Shown piece by piece: positions 13,301 to 28,359 of a DNA stretch of 64,000 nucleotides; position 1 is the first letter of the stretch, and every line of letters begins with the position of its first letter. Source of the stretch: Eledone cirrhosa (taxonomy: Eukaryota); assembly GCA_964016885.1 (NCBI GenBank), contig OZ024740.1:137950001-138014000 (forward strand), given 5' to 3'. Both the position numbers and the translations under genes were made by a program. Under the pieces are notes generated by a model. That model saw only the letters and a list, made by a program, of their open reading frames with translations, was not told the origin of the DNA and made no database searches.

Positions 13301-16300
13301 TCATATCACTTTTCTCTCAATCTCCAATTCTCTCTTTCTCTTATCAGTTTTCTCTCAATCTCCAATTCTCTCTTTCTCTTATCACTTTTCTCTCAATCTC
13401 CAATTCTCTCTTTCTCTTATCACTTTTCCTCCAATATCCAATTCTCTCTTTCTCTTATCACTTTTCTCTCAATCTCCAATTCTCTCTTTCTCTTATCACT
13501 TTTCTCTCAATCTCCAATTCTCTCTTTCTCTTATCACTTTTCTCTCAATCTCCAATTCTCTCTTTCTCCTCTCACTTTTCCCCCAATCTCCAATTCTCTC
13601 TCTTTCTCTTATCACTTTTCTCTCAATCTCCAATTCTCTCTTTCTTTTCTCACTTTTCCCCCAATCTCCAATTCTCTCTTTCTCTTCACACTTTTCCCCC
13701 AATCTGCAATTCTCTCTTTCTCTCATCAATTTTCTCTCTATCTCCAATTCTCTCTTCCTCTTATCATTTTTCTCTCAATCTCCAATTCTCTCTTTCTCTT
13801 ATCACTTTTCTCTCAATCTCCAATTCTCTATCCTCTCTTATCACTTTTCCCCCAATCTCCAATTCTCTCTTTCTCTTATCACTTTTCTCTCAATCTCCAA
13901 TTCTTTCTTTCTCTTATTACTTTTCTCTCAATTTCTAATTCTCTCTTTCTCTTTTCACTTTTCTTTCAATCTCCAATTCTCTCTTTGTCTTATCACTTTT
14001 CTCTCAATCTCCAATTATCTCTTTCTCCTCTCACTTTTCCCTCAATCTCCAATTCTCTCTCTTTCTCTTATCACTTTTCTCCTAATCTCCAATTCTCTCT
14101 TTCTCTTCACACTTTTCCCCCAATCTCCAATTCTCTCTTTCTCTCATCAATTTTCTCTATATCTCCAATTCTCTCTTCCTCTTATCATTTTTCTCTTAAT
14201 CTCCAATTCTCTCTTTCTCTTCTCACTTTTCCCCCAATCTCCAATTCTCTCTTTCTCTTCTCACTTTTCCCCCAATCTCCAATTCTCTCTTTCTCTCATC
14301 ACTTTTCTCTCAATCTCCAATTCTCTCTTTCTCTTATCACTTTTCTCCAAATCTCCAATTCTATCTTTCTCTTCTCACTTTTCTCTCAATCTCCAATCCT
14401 CTCTTTCTGTTATCACTTTTCTCTCAATCTCCAATTATCTCTTCTCTTATCACTTTTCTCTCAATCTCCAATTCTCTCTTTCTCTTATCACTTTTCTGCC
14501 AATCTCCAATTCTCTCTTTCTCTTATCACTTTACTCTCAATCTCCAATTCTCTCTTTCTCTTATCACTTTTCTCTCAATTTCCAATTCTCTCTTTCTCTT
14601 ATCACTTTTCTCTCAATTTCCAATTCTCTCTTTCTCTTATCACTTTTCTCTCAATCTCTAATTCTCTCTTTCTGTTATCACTTTTCTCTCAATCTCCAAT
14701 TATCTCTTTCTCTTATCACTTTTCTCTCAATCTCCAATTCTCTCTTTCTCTTATCACTTTTCTGCCAATCTCCAATTCTCTCTTTCTCTTATCACTTTAC
14801 TCTCAATCTCCAATTCTCTCTTTCTCTTATCACTTTTCTCTCAATTTCCAATTCTCTCTTTCTCTTATCACTTTTCTCTCAATTTCCAATTCTCTCTTTC
14901 TCTTATCACTTTTCTCTCAATCTCTAATTCTCTCTTTCTCTTATCAATTTTCTCTCAATCTCCAATTCTTTCTTTCTCTAATCACTTTTCTCTCAATCTC
15001 CAATTCTCTCTCTCTTTTCTCACTTTTCCCCCAATCTCCAATTCTCTCTTTCTCTTCACACTTTTCCCCCAATCTCCAATTCTCTCTTTCTCTCATCAAT
15101 TTTCTCTATATCTCCAATTCTCTCTTCCTCTTATCAATTTTCTCTTAATCTCCAATTCTCTCTTTCTCTTCTCACTTTTCCCCCAATCTCCAATTCTCTC
15201 TTTCTCTTCTCACTTTTCCCCCAATCTCCAATTCTCTCTTTCTCTCATCACTTTTCTCTCAATCTCCAATTCTCTCTTTCTCTTATCACTTTTCTCAAAA
15301 TTTCCAATTCTATCTTTCTCTTCTCACTTTTCTCTCAATCTCCAATCCTCTCTTTCTGTTATCACTTTTCTCTCAATCTCCAATTCTCTCTTTCTCTTAT
15401 CACTTTTCTGCCAATCTCCAATTCTCTCTTTCTCTTATCACTTTACTCTCAATCTCCAATTCTCTCTCTCTCTTATCACTTTTCTCTCAATTTCCAATTC
15501 TCTCTTTCTCTTATCACTTTTCCCTCAATTTCCAATTCTCTCTTTCTCTTATCACTTTTCTCTCAATCTCTAATTCTCTCTTTCTCTTATCAATTTTCTC
15601 TCAATCTCCAATTCTTTCTTTCTCTAATCACTTTTCTCTCAATCTCCAATTCTCTCTTTCTCTTATCACTTTTCCCCCAATCTACAATTCTCTCTTTCTC
15701 TTATCACTTTTTCTCTCAATCTCCAATTCTCTCTTTCTCATATCACTTTTTTCTCAATCTCCAATTCTCTCTTTCTCTTATCACTTTTCTCTCAATCTCC
15801 AATTCTCTCTTTCTCTTATCACTTTTCCCCCAATCTCCAATTCTCTCTTTCCCTTATCACTTTTCTCACAATCTCCAATACTCTCTTTCTCTTATCAATT
15901 TTCCCTCAATCTCCAATTCTTTCTTTCTCTTATCACTTTTCTCTCAATCTCCAATTCTTCCTTTCTCTTATCACTTTTCTCTCAATCTCCCATTCTGTCT
16001 TTCTCTTATCACTTTTCCCCCAATCTCCAATTCTCTCTTTCTCATATCACTTTTCTCTCAATCTCCAATTCTCTCTTTCTCTTATCAGTTTTCTCTCAAT
16101 CTCCAATTCTCTCTTTCTCTTATCACTTTTCTCTCAATCTCCAATTCTCTCTTTCTCTTATCACTTTTCCTCCAATATCCAATTCTCTCTTTCTCTTATC
16201 ACTTTTCTCTCAATCTCCAATTCTTTCTTTCTCTTATTACTTTTCTCTCAATCTCCAATTCTCTCTTTCTCTTATCAGTTTTCCCCCAATCTCCAATTCT

Positions 16301-17819
16301 CTCTCTTTCTCTTATCACTTTTCTCTCAATCTCCAATTCTCTCTCTCTTTTCTCACTTTTCCCCCAATCTCCAATTCTCTCTTTCTCTTCACACTTTTCC
16401 CCCAATCTCCAATTCTCTCTTTCTCTCATCAATTTTCTCTATATCTCCAATTCTCTCTTCCTCTTATCAATTTTCTCTTAATCTCCAATTCTCTCTTTCT
16501 CTTCTCACTTTTACCCCAATCTCCAATTCTCTCTTTCTCTTATCACTTTTCTCTCAATCTCCAATTCTCTCTTTCTTTCATCACTTTTCTCTCAATCTCC
16601 AATTCTCTCTTTCTCTTATCACTTTTCTCTCAATCTCCAATTCTCTCTTTCTCTTATCACTTTTCTCTCAATATCTAATTCTCTCTTTCTCTTATCACTT
16701 TTCTCTCAATCTCCAATTCTCTCTTTCTCCTCTCACTTTTCCCCCAATCTCCAATTCTCTCTCTTTCTCTTATCACTTTTCTCTCAATCTCCAATTCTCT
16801 CTTTCTTTTCTCACTTTTCCCCCAATCTCCAATTCTCTCTTTCTCTTCACACTTTTCCCCCAATCTGCAATTCTCTCTTTCTCTCATCAATTTTCTCTAT
16901 ATCTCCAATTCTCTCTTCCTCTTATCATTTTTCTCTCAATCTCCAATTCTCTCTTTCTCTTATCACTTTTCTCTCAATCTCCAATTCTCTATCCTCTCTT
17001 ATCACTTTTCCCCCAATCTCCAATTCTCTCTTTCTCTTATCACTTTTCTCTTAATCTCCAATTCTTTCTTTCTCTTATTACTTTTCTCTCAATTTCTAAT
17101 TCTCTCTTTCTCTTTTCACTTTTCTTTCAATCTCCAATTCTCTCTTTGTCTTATCACTTTTCTCTCAATCTCCAATTATCTCTTTCTCCTCTCACTTTTC
17201 CCCCAATCTCCAATTCTCTCTCTTTCTCTTATCACTTTTCTCCTAATCTCCAAATCTCTTTCTCTTCACACTTTTCCCCCAATCTCCAATTCTCTCTTTC
17301 TCTCATCAATTTTCTCTATATCTCCAATTCTCTCTTTCTCTTATCATTTTTCTCTTAATCTCCAATTCTCTCCTTCTCTTCTCACTTTTCCCCCAATCTC
17401 CAATTCTCTCTTTCTCTTCTCACTTTTCCCCCAATCTCCAATTCTCTCTTTCTCTCATGACTTTTCTCTCAATCTCCAATTCTCTCTTTCTCTCATCACT
17501 TTTCTCAAAATCTCCAATTCTATCTTTCTCATCTCACTTTTCTCTCAATCTCCAATTCTCTCTTTCTGTTATCACTTTTCTCTCAATCTCCAATTCTCTC
17601 TTTCTCTTATCACTTTTCCCCCAATCTCCAATTCTCTCTTTCTCTTATCACTTTTCTCACAATCTCCAATACTCTCTTTCTCTTATCAATTTTCTCTCAA
17701 TCTCCAATTCTCTCTTTCTCTCATCAATTTTCTCTATATCTCCAATTCTCTCTTCCTCTTATCATTTTTCTCTTAATCTCCAATTCTCTCCTTCTCTTCT
17801 CACTTTTCCCCCAATCTCC

Positions 17820-20800
17820 AATTCTCTCTTTCTCTTCACACTTTTCCCCCAATCTCCAATTCTCGCTTTCTCTCATCAATTTTCTCTCAATCTCCAATTC
17901 TTTCTTTCTCTTATCACTTTTCTCTCAATCTCCCATTCTGTCTTTCTCTTCACACTTTTCCTCCAATATCCAATTCTCTCTTTCTCTTATCACTTTTCTC
18001 TCAATCTCCAATTCTCTCTTTCTCTTATCACTTTTCTCTCAATCTCCAATTCTTTCTTTCTCTTATTACTTTTCTCTCAATTTCTAATTCTCTCTTTCTC
18101 TTATCACTTTTCTTTCAATCTCCAATTCTCTCTTTCTCTTATCACTTTTCTCTCAATCTCCAATTCTCTCTTTCACCTCTCACTTTTCCCCCAATCTCCA
18201 ATTCTCTCTCTTTCTCTTATCACTTTTCTCTCAATCTCCAATTCTCTCTCTCTTTTCTCACTTTTCCCCCAATCTCCAATTCTCTCTTTCTCTTCACACT
18301 TTTCCCCCAATCTCCAATTCTCTCTTTCTCTCATCAATTTTCTCTATATCTCCAATTCTCTCTTCCTCTTATCAATTTTCTCTTAATCTCCAATTCTCTC
18401 TTTCTCTTCTCACTTTTCCCCCAATCTCCAATTCTCTCTTTCTCTTCTCACTTTTCCCCCAATCTCCAATTCTCTCTTTCTCTCATCACTTTTCTCTCAA
18501 TCTCCAATTCTCTCTTTCTCTTATCACTTTTCTCAAAATCTCCAATTCTCTCTTTCTCTTATCACTTTTCTCTCAATCTCTAATTCTCTCTTTCTCTTAT
18601 CAATTTTCTCTCAATCTCCAATTCTTTCTTTTTCTAATCACTTTTCTCTCAATCTCCAATTCTCTCTTTCTCTTATCACTTTTCCCCCAATCTACAATTC
18701 TCTCTCTTTCTCTTCTCACTTTTCTCTCAATCTCCAATCCTCTCTTTCTGTTATCACTTTTCTCTCAATCTCCAATTATCTCTTTCTCTTATCACTTTTC
18801 TCTCAATCTCCAATTCTCTCTTTCTCTTATCACTTTTCTGCCAATCTCCAATTCTCTCTTTCTCTTATCACTTTACTCTCAATCTACAATTCTCTCTTTC
18901 TCTTATCACTTTTCTCTCAATTTCCAATTCTCTCTTTCTCTTATCACTTTTCTCTCAATTTCCAATTCTCTCTTTCTCTTATCACTTTTCTCTCAATCTC
19001 TAATTCTCTCTTTCTCTTATCAATTTTCTCTCAATCTCCAATTCTTTCTTTCTCTAATCACTTTTCTCTCAATCTCCAATTCACTCTCTCTTTTCTCACT
19101 TTTCCCCCAATCTCCAATTCTCTCTTTCTCTTCACACTTTTCCCCCAATCTCCAATTCTCTCTTTCTCTCATCAATTTTCTCTATATCTCCAATTCTCTC
19201 TTCCTCTTATCAATTTTCTCTTAATCTCCAATTCTCTCTTTCTCTTCTCACTTTTCCCCCAATCTCCAATTCTCTCTTTCTCTTCTCACTTTTCCCCCAA
19301 TCTCCAATTCTCTCTTTCTCTCATCACTTTTCTCTCAATCTCCAATTCTCTCTTTCACTTATCACTTTTCTCAAAATCTCCAATTCTATCTTTCTCTTAT
19401 CACTTCTCTGCCAATCTCCAATTCTCTCTTTCTCTTATCACTTTACTCTCAATCTCCAATTCTCTCTTTCTCTTATCACTTTTCTCTCAATTTCCAATTC
19501 TCTCTTTCTCTTATCACTTTTCTCTCAATTTCCAATTCTCTCTTTCTCTTATCACTTTTCTCTCAATCTCTAATTCTCTCTTTCTCTTATCAATTTTATC
19601 TCAATCTCCAATTCTTTCTTTCTCTAATCACTTGTCTCTCAATCTCCAATTCTCTCTTTCTCTTATCACTTTTCCCCCAATCTACAATGCTCTCTTTCTC
19701 TTATCACTTTTTCTCTCAATCTCCAATTCTCTCTTTCTCATATCACTTTTTTCTCAATCTCCAATTCTCTCTTTCTCTTATCATTTTTCTCTCAATCTCC
19801 AATTCTCTCTTTCTCTTATCACTTTTCCCCCAATCTCCAATTCTCTCTTTCTCTTATCACTTTTCTCACAATCTCCAATACCCTCTTTCTCTTATCAATT
19901 TTCTCTCAATCTCCAATTCTTTCTTTCTCTTATCACTTTTCTCTCAATCTCCAATTCTTCCTTTCTCTTATCACTTTTCTCTCAATCTCCCATTCTGTCT
20001 TTCTCTTATCACTTTTCCCCAATCTCCAATTCTCTCTTTCTCATATCACTTTTCTCTCAATCTCCAATTCTCTCTTTCTCTTATCAGTTTTCTCTCAATC
20101 TCCAATTCTCTCTTTCTCTTATCACTTTTCTCTCAATCTCCAATTCTCTATTTCTCTTATCACTTTTCCTCCAATATCCAATTCTCTCTTTCTCTTATCA
20201 CTTTTCTCTCAATCTCCAATTCTCTCTTTCTCCTCTCACTTTTCCCCCAATCTCCAATTCTCTCTCTTTCTCTTATCACTTTTCTCTCAATCTCCAATTC
20301 TCTCTCTCTTTTCTCACTTTTCCCCCAATCTCCAATTCTCTCTTTCTCTTCACACTTTTCCCCCAATCTCCAATTCTCTCTTTCTCTCATCAATTTTCTC
20401 TATATCTCCAATTCTCTCTTCCTCTTATCAATTTTCTTTTAATCTCCAATTCTCTCTTTCTCTTCTCACTTTTACCCCAATCTCCAATTCTCTCTTTCTC
20501 TTATCACTTTTCTCTCAATCTCCAATTCTCTCTTTCTCTTCACACTTTTCCCCCAATCTCCAATTCTCGCTTTCTCTCATCAATTTTCTCTCAATCTCCA
20601 ATTCTTTCTTTCTCTTATCACTTTTCTCTCAATCTCCCATTCTGTCTTTCTCTTCACACTTTTCCCCCAATCTCCAATTCTCTCTTTCTCTTATCAGTTT
20701 TCTCTCAATCTCCAATTCTCTCTTTCTCTTATCACTTTTCTCTCAATCTCCAATTCTCTCTTTCTCATCACTTTTCCTCCAATATCCAATTCTCTCTTTC

Positions 20801-23800
20801 TCTTATCACTTTTCTCTCAATCTCCAATTCTCTCTTTCTCTTATCACTTTTCTCTCAATCTCCAATTCTTTCTTTCTCTTATTACTTTTCTCTCAATTTC
20901 TAATTCTCTCTTTCTCTTATCACTTTTCTTTCAATCTCCAATTCTCTCTTTCTCTTATCACTTTTCTCTCAATCTCCAATTCTCTCTTTCACCTCTCACT
21001 TTTCCCCCAATCTCCAATTCTCTCTCTTTCTCTTATCACTTTTCTCTCAATCTCCAATTCTCTCTCTCTTTTCTCACTTTTCCCCCAATCTCCAATTCTC
21101 TCTTTCTCTTCACACTTTTCCCCCAATCTCCAATTCTCTCTTTCTCTCATCAATTTTCTCTATATCTCCAATTCTCTCTTCCTCTTATCAATTTTCTCTT
21201 AATCTCCAATTCTCTCTTTCTCTTCTCACTTTTCCCCCAATCTCCAATTCTCTCTTTCTCTTCTCACTTTTCCCCCAATCTCCAATTCTCTCTTTCTCTC
21301 ATCACTTTTCTCTCAATCTCCAATTCTCTCTTTCTCTTATCACTTTTCTCAAAATCTCCAATTCTCTCTTTCGCTTATCACTTTTCTCTCAATCTCTAAT
21401 TCTCTCTTTCTCTTATCAATTTTCTCTCAATCTCCAATTCTTTCTTTCTCTAATCACTTTTCTCTCAATCTCCAATTCTCTCTTTCTCTTATCACTTTTC
21501 CCCCAATCTACAATTCTCTCTCTTTCTCTTCTCACTTTTCTCTCAATCTCCAATCCTCTCTTTCTGTTATCACTTTTCTCTCAATCTCCAATTATCTCTT
21601 TCTCTTATCACTTTTCTCTCAATCTCCAATTCTCTCTTTCTCTTATCACTTTTCTGCCAATCTCCAATTCTCTCTTTCTCTTATCACTTTACTCTCAATC
21701 TACAATTCTCTCTTTCTCTTATCACTTTTCTCTCAATTTCCAATTCTCTCTTTCTCTTATCACTTTTCTCTCAATTTCCAATTCTCTCTTTCTCTTATCA
21801 CTTTTCTCTCAATCTCTAATTCTCTCTTTCTCTTATCAATTTTCTCTCAATCTCCAATTCTTTCTTTCTCTAATCACTTTTCTCTCAATCTCCAATTCAC
21901 TCTCTCTTTTCTCACTTTTCCCCCAATCTCCAATTCTCTCTTTCTCTTCACACTCTTCCCCCAATCTCCAATTCTCTCTTTCTCTCATCAATTTTCTCTA
22001 TATCTCCAATTCTCTCTTCCTCTTATCAATTTTCTCTTAATCTCCAATTCTCTCTTTCTCTTCTCACTTTTCCCCCAATCTCCAATTCTCTCTTTCTCTT
22101 CTCACTTTCCCCCAATCTCCAATTCTCTCTTTCTCTCATCACTTTTCTCTCAATCTCCAATTCTCTCTTTCACTTATCACTTTTCTCAAAATCTCCAATT
22201 CTATCTTTCTCTTCTCACTTTTCTCTCAATCTCCAATTATCTCTTTCTCTTATCACTTTTCTCTCAATCTTCAATTCTCTCTTTCTCTTATCACTTTTCT
22301 GCCAATCTCCAATTCTCTCTTTCTCTTATCACTTTACTCTCAATCTCCAATTCTCTCTTTCTCTTATCACTTTTCTCTCAATTTCCAATTCTCTCTTTCT
22401 CTTATCACTTTTCTCTCAATTTCCAATTCTCTCTTTCTCTTATCACTTTTCTCTCAATCTCTAATTCTCTCTTTCTCTTATCAATTTTATCTCAATCTCC
22501 AATTCTTTCTTTCTCTAATCACTTTTCTCTCAATCTCCAATTCTCTCTTTCTCTTATCACTTTTCACCCAATCTACAATTCTCTCTTTCTCTTATCACTT
22601 TTTCTCTCAATCTCCAATTCTCTCTTTCTCATATCACTTTTTTCTCAATCTCCAATTCTCTCTTTCTCTTATCATTTTTCTCTCAATCTCCAATTCTCTC
22701 TTTCTCTTATCACTTTTCCCCCAATCTCCAATTCTCTCTTTCTCTTATCACTTTTCTCACAATCTCCAATACCCTCTTTCTCTTATCAATTTTCTCTCAA
22801 TCTCCAATTCTTTCTTTCTCTTATCACTTTTCTCTCAATCTCCAATTCTTCCTTTCTCTTATCACTTTTCTCTCAATCTCCCATTCTGTCTTTCTCTTAT
22901 CACTTTTCCCCAATCTCCAATTCTCTCTTTCTCATATCACTTTTCTCTCAATCTCCAATTCTCTCTTTCTCTTATCAGTTTTCTCTCAATCTCCAATTCT
23001 CTCTTTCTCTTATCACTTTTCTCTCAATCTCCAATTCTCTCTTTCTCTTATCACTTTTCCTCCAATATCCAATTCTCTCTTTCTCTTATCACTTTTCTCT
23101 CAATCTCCAATTCTCTCTTTCTCTTATCACTTTTCTCTCAATCTCCAATTCTTTCTTTCTCTTATTACTTTTCTCTCAATTTCTAATTCTCTCTTTCTCT
23201 TATCACTTTTCTTTCAATCTCCAATTCTCTCTTTCTCTTATCACTTTTCTCTCAATCTCCAATTCTCTCTTTCTCCTCTCACTTTTCCCCCAATCTCCAA
23301 TTCTCTCTCTTTCTCTTATCACTTTTCTCTCAATCTCCAATTCTCTCTCTCTTTTCTCACTTTTCCCCCAATCTCCAATTCTCTCTTTCTCTTCACACTT
23401 TTCCCCCAATCTCCAATTCTCTCTTTCTCTCATCAATTTTCTCTATATCTCCAATTCTCTCTTCCTCTTATCAATTTTCTTTTAATCTCCAATTCTCTCT
23501 TTCTCTTCTCACTTTTACCCCAATCTCCAATTCTCTCTTTCTCTTATCACTTTTCTCTCAATCTCCAATTCTCTCTTTCTCTTCACACTTTTCCCCCAAT
23601 CTCCAATTCTCGCTTTCTCTCATCAATTTTCTCTCAATCTCCAATTCTTTCTTTCTCTTATCACTTTTCTCTCAATCTCCCATTCTGTCTTTCTCTTCAC
23701 ACTTTTCCCCCAATCTCCAATTCTCTCTTTCTCTTATCAGTTTTCTCTCAATCTCCAATTCTCTCTTTCTCTTATCACTTTTCTCTCAATCTCCAATTCT

Positions 23801-26650
23801 CTCTTTCTCATCACTTTTCCTCCAATATCCAATTCTCTCTTTCTCTTATCACTTTTCTCTCAATCTCCAATTCTCTCTTTCTCTTATCACTTTTCTCTCA
23901 ATCTCCAATTCTTTCTTTCTCTTATTACTTTTCTCTCAATTTCTAATCCTCTCTTTCTCTTATCACTTTTCTTTCAATCTCCAATTCTCTCTTTCTCTTA
24001 TCACTTTTCTCTCAATCTCCAATTCTCTCTTTCACCTCTCACTTTTCCCCCAATCTCCAATTCTCTCTCTTTCTCTTATCACTTTTCTCTCAATCTCCAA
24101 TTCTCTCTCTCTTTTCTCACTTTTCCCCCAATCTCCAATTCTCTCTTTCTCTTCACACTTTTCCCCCAATCTCCAATTCTCTCTTTCTCTCATCAATTTT
24201 CTCTATATCTCCAATTCTCTCTTCCTCTTATCAATTTTCTCTTAATCTCCAATTCTCTCTTTCTCTTCTCACTTTTCCCCCAATCTCCAATTCTCTCTTT
24301 CTCTTCTCACTTTTCCCCCAATCTCCAATTCTCTCTTTCTCTCATCACTTTTCTCTCAATCTCCAATTCTCTCTTTCTCTTATCACTTTTCTCAAAATCT
24401 CCAATTCTCTCTTTCTCTTATCACTTTTCTCTCAATCTCTAATTCTCTCTTTCTCTTATCAATTTTCTCTCAATCTCCAATTCTTTCTTTCTCTAATCAC
24501 TTTTCTCTCAATCTCCAATTCTCTCTTTCTCTTATCACTTTTCCCCCAATCTACAATTCTCTCTCTTTCTCTTCTCACTTTTCTCTCAATCTCCAATCCT
24601 CTCTTTCTGTTATCACTTTTCTCTCAATCTCCAATTATCTCTTTCTCTTATCACTTTTCTCTCAATCTCCAATTCTCTCTTTCTCTTATCACTTTTCTGC
24701 GAATCTCCAATTCTCTCTTTCTCTTATCACTTTACTCTCAATCTACAATTCTCTCTTTCTCTTATCACTTTTCTCTCAATTTCCAATTCTCTCTTTCTCT
24801 TATCACTTTTCTCTCAATTTCCAATTCTCTCTTTCTCTTATCACTTTTCTCTCAATCTCTAATTCTCTCTTTCTCTTATCAATTTTCTCTCAATCTCCAA
24901 TTCTTTCTTTCTCTAATCACTTTTCTCTCAATCTCCAATTCACTCTCTCTTTTCTCACTTTTCCCCCAATCTCCAATTCTCTCTTTCTCTTCACACTTTT
25001 CCCCCAATCTCCAATTCTCTCTTTCTCTCATCAATTTTCTCTATATCTCCAATTCTCTCTTCCTCTTATCAATTTTCTCTTAATCTCCAATTCTCTCTTT
25101 CTCTTCTCACTTTTCCCCCAATCTCCAATTCTCTCTTTCTCTTCTCACTTTTCCCCCAATCTCCAATTCTCTCTTTCTCTCATCACTTTTCTCTCAATCT
25201 CCAATTCTCTCTTTCACTTATCACTTTTCTCAAAATCTCCAATTCTATCTTTCTCTTCTCACTTTTCTCTCAATCTCCAATCCTCTCTTTCTGTTATCAC
25301 TTTTCTCTCAATCTCCAATTATCTCTTTCTCTTATCACTTTTCTCTCAATCTCCAATTCTCTCTTTCTCTTATCACTTTTCTGCCAATCTCCAATTCTCT
25401 CTTTCTCTTATCACTTTACTCTCAATCTCCAATTCTCTCTTTCTCTTATCACTTTTCTCTCAATTTCCAATTCTCTCTTTCTCTTATCACTTTTCTCTCA
25501 ATTTCCAATTCTCTCTTTCTCTTATCACTTTTCTCTCAATCTCTAATTCTCTCTTTCTCTTATCAATTTTATCTCAATCTCCAATTCTTTCTTTCTCTAA
25601 TCACTTTTCTCTCAATCTCCAATTCTCTCTTTCTCTTATCACTTTTCCCCCAATCTACAATTCTCTCTTTCTCTTATCACTTTTTCTCTCAATCTCCAAT
25701 TCTCTCTTTCTCATATCACTTTTTTCTCAATCTCCAATTCTCTCTTTCTCTTATCATTTTTCCCTCAATCTCCAATTCTCTCTTTCTCTTATCACTTTTC
25801 CCCCAATCTCCAATTCTCCCTTTCTCTTATCACTTTTCTCACAATCTCCAATACCCTCTTTCTCTTATCAATTTTCTCTCAATCTCCAATTCTTTCTTTC
25901 TCTTATCACTTTTCTCTCAATCTCCAATTCTTTCTTTCTCTTATCACTTTTCTCTCAATCTCCCATTCTGTCTTTCTCTTATCACTTTTCCCCAATCTCC
26001 AATTCTCTCTTTCTCATATCACTTTTCTCTCAATCTCCAATTCTCTCTTTCTCTTATCAGTTTTCTCTCAATCTCCAATTCTCTCTTTCTCTTATCACTT
26101 TTCTCTCAATCTCCAATTCTCTCTTTCTCTTATCACTTTTCCTCCAATATCCAATTCTCTCTTTCTCTTATCACTTTTCTCTCAATCTCCAATTCTCTCT
26201 TTCTCTTATCACTTTTCTCTCAATCTCCAATTCTTTCTTTCTCTTATTACTTTTCTCTCAATTTCTAATTCTCTCTTTCTCTTATCACTTTTCTTTCAAT
26301 CTCCAATTCTCTCTTTCTCTTATCACTTTTCTCTCAATCTCTAATTCTCTCTTTCTCCTCTCACTTTTCCCCCAATCTCCAATTCTCTCTCTTTCTCTTA
26401 TCACTTTTCTCTCAATCTCCAATTCTCTCTCTCTTTTCTCACTTTTCCCCCAATCTCCAATTCTCTCTTTCTCTTCACACTTTTCCCCCAATCTCCAATT
26501 CTCTCTTTCTCTCATCAATTTTCTCTATATCTCCAATTCTCTCTTCCTCTTATCAATTTTCTTTTAATCTCCAATTCTCTCTTTCTCTTCTCACTTTTAC
26601 CCCAATCTCCAATTCTCTCTTTCTCTTATCACTTTTCTCTCAATCTCCAA
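17820..26650. repeat. Three tandem copies of a 2.8-3.1 kb higher-order unit (about 74-81 monomers)
   Basis: TTTCACCTCTC (A 18175/20991/24034), TTTCACTTATC (A 19357/22172/25216), AATACCCTC (19881/22772/25854) and TCTCGCTTTC (G 17865/20569/23612). Spacings differ mostly by whole monomers. Confidence 0.87.
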
Positions 26651-28359
26651 TTCTCTCTTTCTTTCATCACTTTTCTCTCAATCTCCAATTCTCTCTTTCT
26701 CTTATCACTTTTCTCTCAATCTCCAATTCTCTCTTTCTCTTATCACTTTTCTCTCAATCTCCAATTCTCTCTTTCTCCTCTCACTTTTCCCCCAATCTCC
26801 AATTCTCTCTCTTTCTCTTATCACTTTTCTCTCAATCTCCAATTCTCTCTTTCTCTTATCACTTTTCCCCCAATCTCCAATTCTCTCTTTCTCTTATCAC
26901 TTTTCTCACAATCTCCAATACTCTCTTTCTCTTATCAATTTTCTCTCAATCTCCAATTCTTTCTTTCTCTTATCACTTTTCTCTCAATCTCCAATTCTTT
27001 CTTTCTCTTATCACTTTTCTCTCAATCTCCCATTCTGTCTTTCTCTTATCACTTTTCCCCCAATCTCCAATTCTCTCTTTCTCATATCACTTTTCTCTCA
27101 ATCTCCAATTCTCTCTTTCTCTTATCAGTTTTCTCTCAATCTCCAATTCTCTCTTTCTCTTATCACTTTTCTCTCAATCTCCAATTCTCTCTTTCTCTTA
27201 TCACTTTTCTCTCAATCTCCAATTCTCTCTTTCTCTTATCACTTTTCTCTCAATCTCCAATTCTCTCTTTCTCTTATCACTTTTCCTCCAATATCCAATT
27301 CTCTCTTTCTCTTATCACTTTTCTCTCAATCTCCAATTCTCTCTTTCTCTTATCACTTTTCTCTCAATCTCCAATTCTCTCTTTCTCTTATCACTTTTCC
27401 TCCAATATCCAATTCTCTCTTTCTCTTATCACTTTTCTTTCAATCTCCAATTCTCTCTTTCTCTTATCACTTTTCTCTCAATCTCCAAATCTCTCTTTCT
27501 CCTCTCACTTTTCCCCCAATCTCCAATTCTCTCTCTTTCTCTTATCACTTTTCTCTCAATCTCCAATTCTCTCTCTCTTTTCTCACTTTCCCCCAATCTC
27601 CAATTCTCTCTTTCTCTCATCAATTTTCTCTATATCTCCAATTCTCTCTTCCTCTTATCAATTTTCTCTTAATCTCCAATTCTCTCTTTCTCTTCTCACT
27701 TTCCCCCCAATCTCCAATCCTCTCTTTCTCTTCTCACTTTTCCCCAATCTCCAATTCTCTCTTTCTCTCATCACTTTTCTCTCAATCTCCAATTCTCTCT
27801 TTCTCTTATCACTTTTCTCAAAATCTCCAATTCTATCTTTCTCTTCTCACTTTTCTCTCAATCTCCAATCCTCTCTTTCTTTCATCAATTTTCTCTCAAT
27901 CTCCAATTATTTCTTTCTCTTATCACTTTTCTCTCAATCTCCAATTCTCTCTTTCTCTTATCACTTTTCTGCCATCTCCAATTCTCTCTTTCTCTTATCA
28001 CTTTACTCTCAATCTCCAATTCTCTCTTTCTCTTATCACTTTTCTCTCAATTTCCAATTCTCTCTTTCTCTTATCACTTTTCTCTCAATTTCCAATTCTC
28101 TCTTTCTCTTATCACTTTTCTCTCAATCTCTAATTCTCTCTTTCTCTTATCAATTTTCTCTCAATCTCCAATTTTTTCTTTCTCTAATCACTTTTCTCTC
28201 AATCTCCAATTCTCTCTTTCTCTAATCACTTTTCCCCCAATCTACAATTCTCTCTTTCTCTTATCACTTTTTCTCTCAATCTCCAATTCTCTCTTTCTCA
28301 TATCACTTTTTTCTCAATCTCCAATTCTCTCTTTCTCTAATCGCTTTTCTCTCAATCTC

